Of a stretch of DNA of 32,000 nucleotides, positions 30,942 to 32,000 are shown in pieces. The translations under genes and the position numbers were made by a program. The stretch lies in contig JANOQO010000028.1 in NCBI GenBank assembly GCA_031414875.1, positions 106,445-138,444 of the forward strand. The letters run 5' to 3'. The notes beneath the pieces are model-generated. The model was not told the origin of the DNA. It made no database searches and was given only the letters and a program-made list of their open reading frames with translations. Every line of letters starts with the position of its first letter. Positions within the stretch are counted from its first letter, which is position 1. This DNA is from Synechococcales cyanobacterium VAR_4_metabat_312. Its GTDB lineage: Bacteria > Cyanobacteriota > Cyanobacteriia > Cyanobacteriales > Chamaesiphonaceae.

Positions 30942-32000
30942 ATGACAGCCAATCGACTATTTTCTGCTCGTCCAATAGTCGATCCCGAAAACTCGCTGCT
31001 GCTGCGCGTGTTGATTCAGTCGATGGTATCGATCGGGATTATGGCCACCGATATAGCCGCCGATACCCAAATGAGCCTGTGGGCGGTGCCCCTCAGTTTA
31101 GTGGGGGCAACCTGGAGCTGGCGACAGCGTCAGCGCCCACAGGTAGGGATAAAATTTGCGTTGGCCGCTGCTTTGCTGGTGGCATTGTTTTATTTCTTTC
31201 AAAATTTGTTGGGCAACTTAAATGATACCCGCATGGTACTGGCCGAGTTACTGGTGCAGGTACAGGCCATCCATACTTTCGATATGCCCCGCCGCAAAGA
31301 TTTGGGCTATTCGATTATTATTGGAGTCATTTTAATTTCGGTGGCTGCCACGATCGGGCAAACTATGGCTTTTGCCCCAATGCTGTTAGTGTTTTTGGCT
31401 CTAGCGCTACCGGTAATGGTTTTGGACTATCGATCGCGTCTCAAATTACCAGTATTAGAGATCCAGCGAGAAACTTTTCAAGGCCAAGCCGCCGCATTAC
31501 CAGTAAAAAGTTTGAGTAAGCTATTAGCAACGGCGATCGCTCTGGGCTTGATAGTATTTGCAGTCATGCCTCGTTTACCCAGTTATCAGGTACAGAGTAT
31601 GCCGATGAGTGGCTCACTACCTATTAGTTCTAATTTTGATGCCAGCAAAATTGTGAATCCGGGTTATCAGAGTCGGGGGAAAGGTGGTCAGGCCGGCCAA
31701 GGTGGTAATGGCCAAGGTAGTGGCAAAGTGAAAGAAGATCCAGATGCTTTTGATGATAGTAACTACTATGGCTTCAACCAAAGCATGAATCAAAATATGC
31801 GCGGTGTGCTGAAGCCCAAATTGGTGATGAGAGTAAGATCTCAAGCTCCAGGTTTTTGGCGGGTGTTGGGGTTCGATCGCTACACAGGTCAAGGCTGGGT
31901 GGTCTCCAAAAATGATGAGGCCAAAAAGGTACAGCGCCCGAGCTGGTCGAATAAGTTTAATCTACCAAACCCGACTTATCCCAAGTCACGGCGAATTGTT
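30942..32000 (+). CDS. Transglutaminase TgpA-like membrane protein, N-terminal part (runs off the window)
   Basis: I translated 353 codons from the ATG at 30942 to the window end without a stop. The N-terminus is multi-transmembrane with LLVQVQAIHTFDMPRRKDLGYS, then FWRVLGFDRYTGQGW, typical of DUF3488/TgpA proteins. It is absent from the ORF track because no stop lies in the window. Confidence 0.7.
   Translation, partial: MTANRLFSARPIVDPENSLLLRVLIQSMVSIGIMATDIAADTQMSLWAVPLSLVGATWSWRQRQRPQVGIKFALAAALLVALFYFFQNLLGNLNDTRMVLAELLVQVQAIHTFDMPRRKDLGYSIIIGVILISVAATIGQTMAFAPMLLVFLALALPVMVLDYRSRLKLPVLEIQRETFQGQAAALPVKSLSKLLATAIALGLIVFAVMPRLPSYQVQSMPMSGSLPISSNFDASKIVNPGYQSRGKGGQAGQGGNGQGSGKVKEDPDAFDDSNYYGFNQSMNQNMRGVLKPKLVMRVRSQAPGFWRVLGFDRYTGQGWVVSKNDEAKKVQRPSWSNKFNLPNPTYPKSRRIV

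Noticed and set aside
31670-31740. A Gly/Gln-rich imperfect repeat (GKGGQAGQGGNGQGSG) in the TgpA-like gene.
   Set aside because: It is a low-complexity linker within an intact reading frame, not a tandem DNA repeat array or a variable cassette.
158-31892. Many ORF-track entries lie antisense to or inside stronger genes, for example 158-352, 585-794, 1523-1726, 1960-2145, 2762-3025, 4280-4522, 5329-5520, 5699-5944 and 6074-6259. Others are 7816-8001, 9013-9273, 9413-9781, 10602-11010, 14231-14455, 14823-15279, 15694-15906, 16748-16975, 18182-18394 and 18691-18876. The remainder are 20258-20659, 21569-21763, 22062-22322, 23509-23983, 24026-24292, 24443-24927, 25101-25418, 26166-26402, 27818-28090, 28504-28695, 28869-29332, 29917-30117 and 31617-31892.
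   Set aside because: Each overlaps a longer ORF on the other strand or in another frame that has clear family motifs. Their translations are low-complexity or compositionally odd with no recognisable motifs, so I treat them as shadow ORFs.
1-32000. CRISPR arrays, tRNA/rRNA genes, transposases, integrases, toxin-antitoxin pairs and known defence-system genes.
   Set aside because: A scan for evenly spaced direct repeats, for tRNA T-arm motifs (GGTTCGAATCC-like) in the intergenic gaps, and for characteristic protein motifs found nothing.

Overview
This is a chromosomal segment from a cyanobacterium. The evidence is psbM, ndhN, chlP, several cyanobacteria-restricted conserved families, and very dense CGATCG (the core of the HIP1 palindrome). 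I call about 38 coding regions. Most are core housekeeping genes: two glycosyltransferases, purN, an FHA-domain nucleotidyl cyclase, uppP, a PDZ/radical-SAM-like protein, a TolC-like outer membrane protein, a 2Fe-2S ferredoxin-like protein and psbM (too short for the ORF track). The rest include thrB, dgkA, ybeY, a REC-LuxR response regulator, chlP, a 2-hydroxyacid dehydrogenase, corA, an M20 amidohydrolase, dusB, dnaN, rimM, thrS, a HAD phosphatase/mutase, ndhN, a 2H-phosphoesterase-like protein and a partial TgpA-like transglutaminase. I found no rRNA, tRNA, CRISPR array, transposase, integrase or phage gene. I did not find a convincing self-contained novel multi-gene system. The best leads are: (1) a perfect 18-bp-arm palindrome that buries the thrB ribosome-binding site; (2) a 162-bp MITE-like element with perfect 22-bp terminal inverted repeats; (3) uppP translationally coupled to a PDZ + CX3CX2C protein of unknown function; (4) a ThrRS lacking the TGS domain but carrying a roughly 43-aa insertion in the catalytic core; (5) an M20 amidohydrolase-CorA pair sharing a TAATG junction; (6) a small cluster of uncharacterised genes at 16.0-19.0 kb; (7) roughly 10-fold excess of CGATCG without extension to the HIP1 octamer. 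Family names given as DUF numbers are recalled from sequence motifs and need HMM confirmation.
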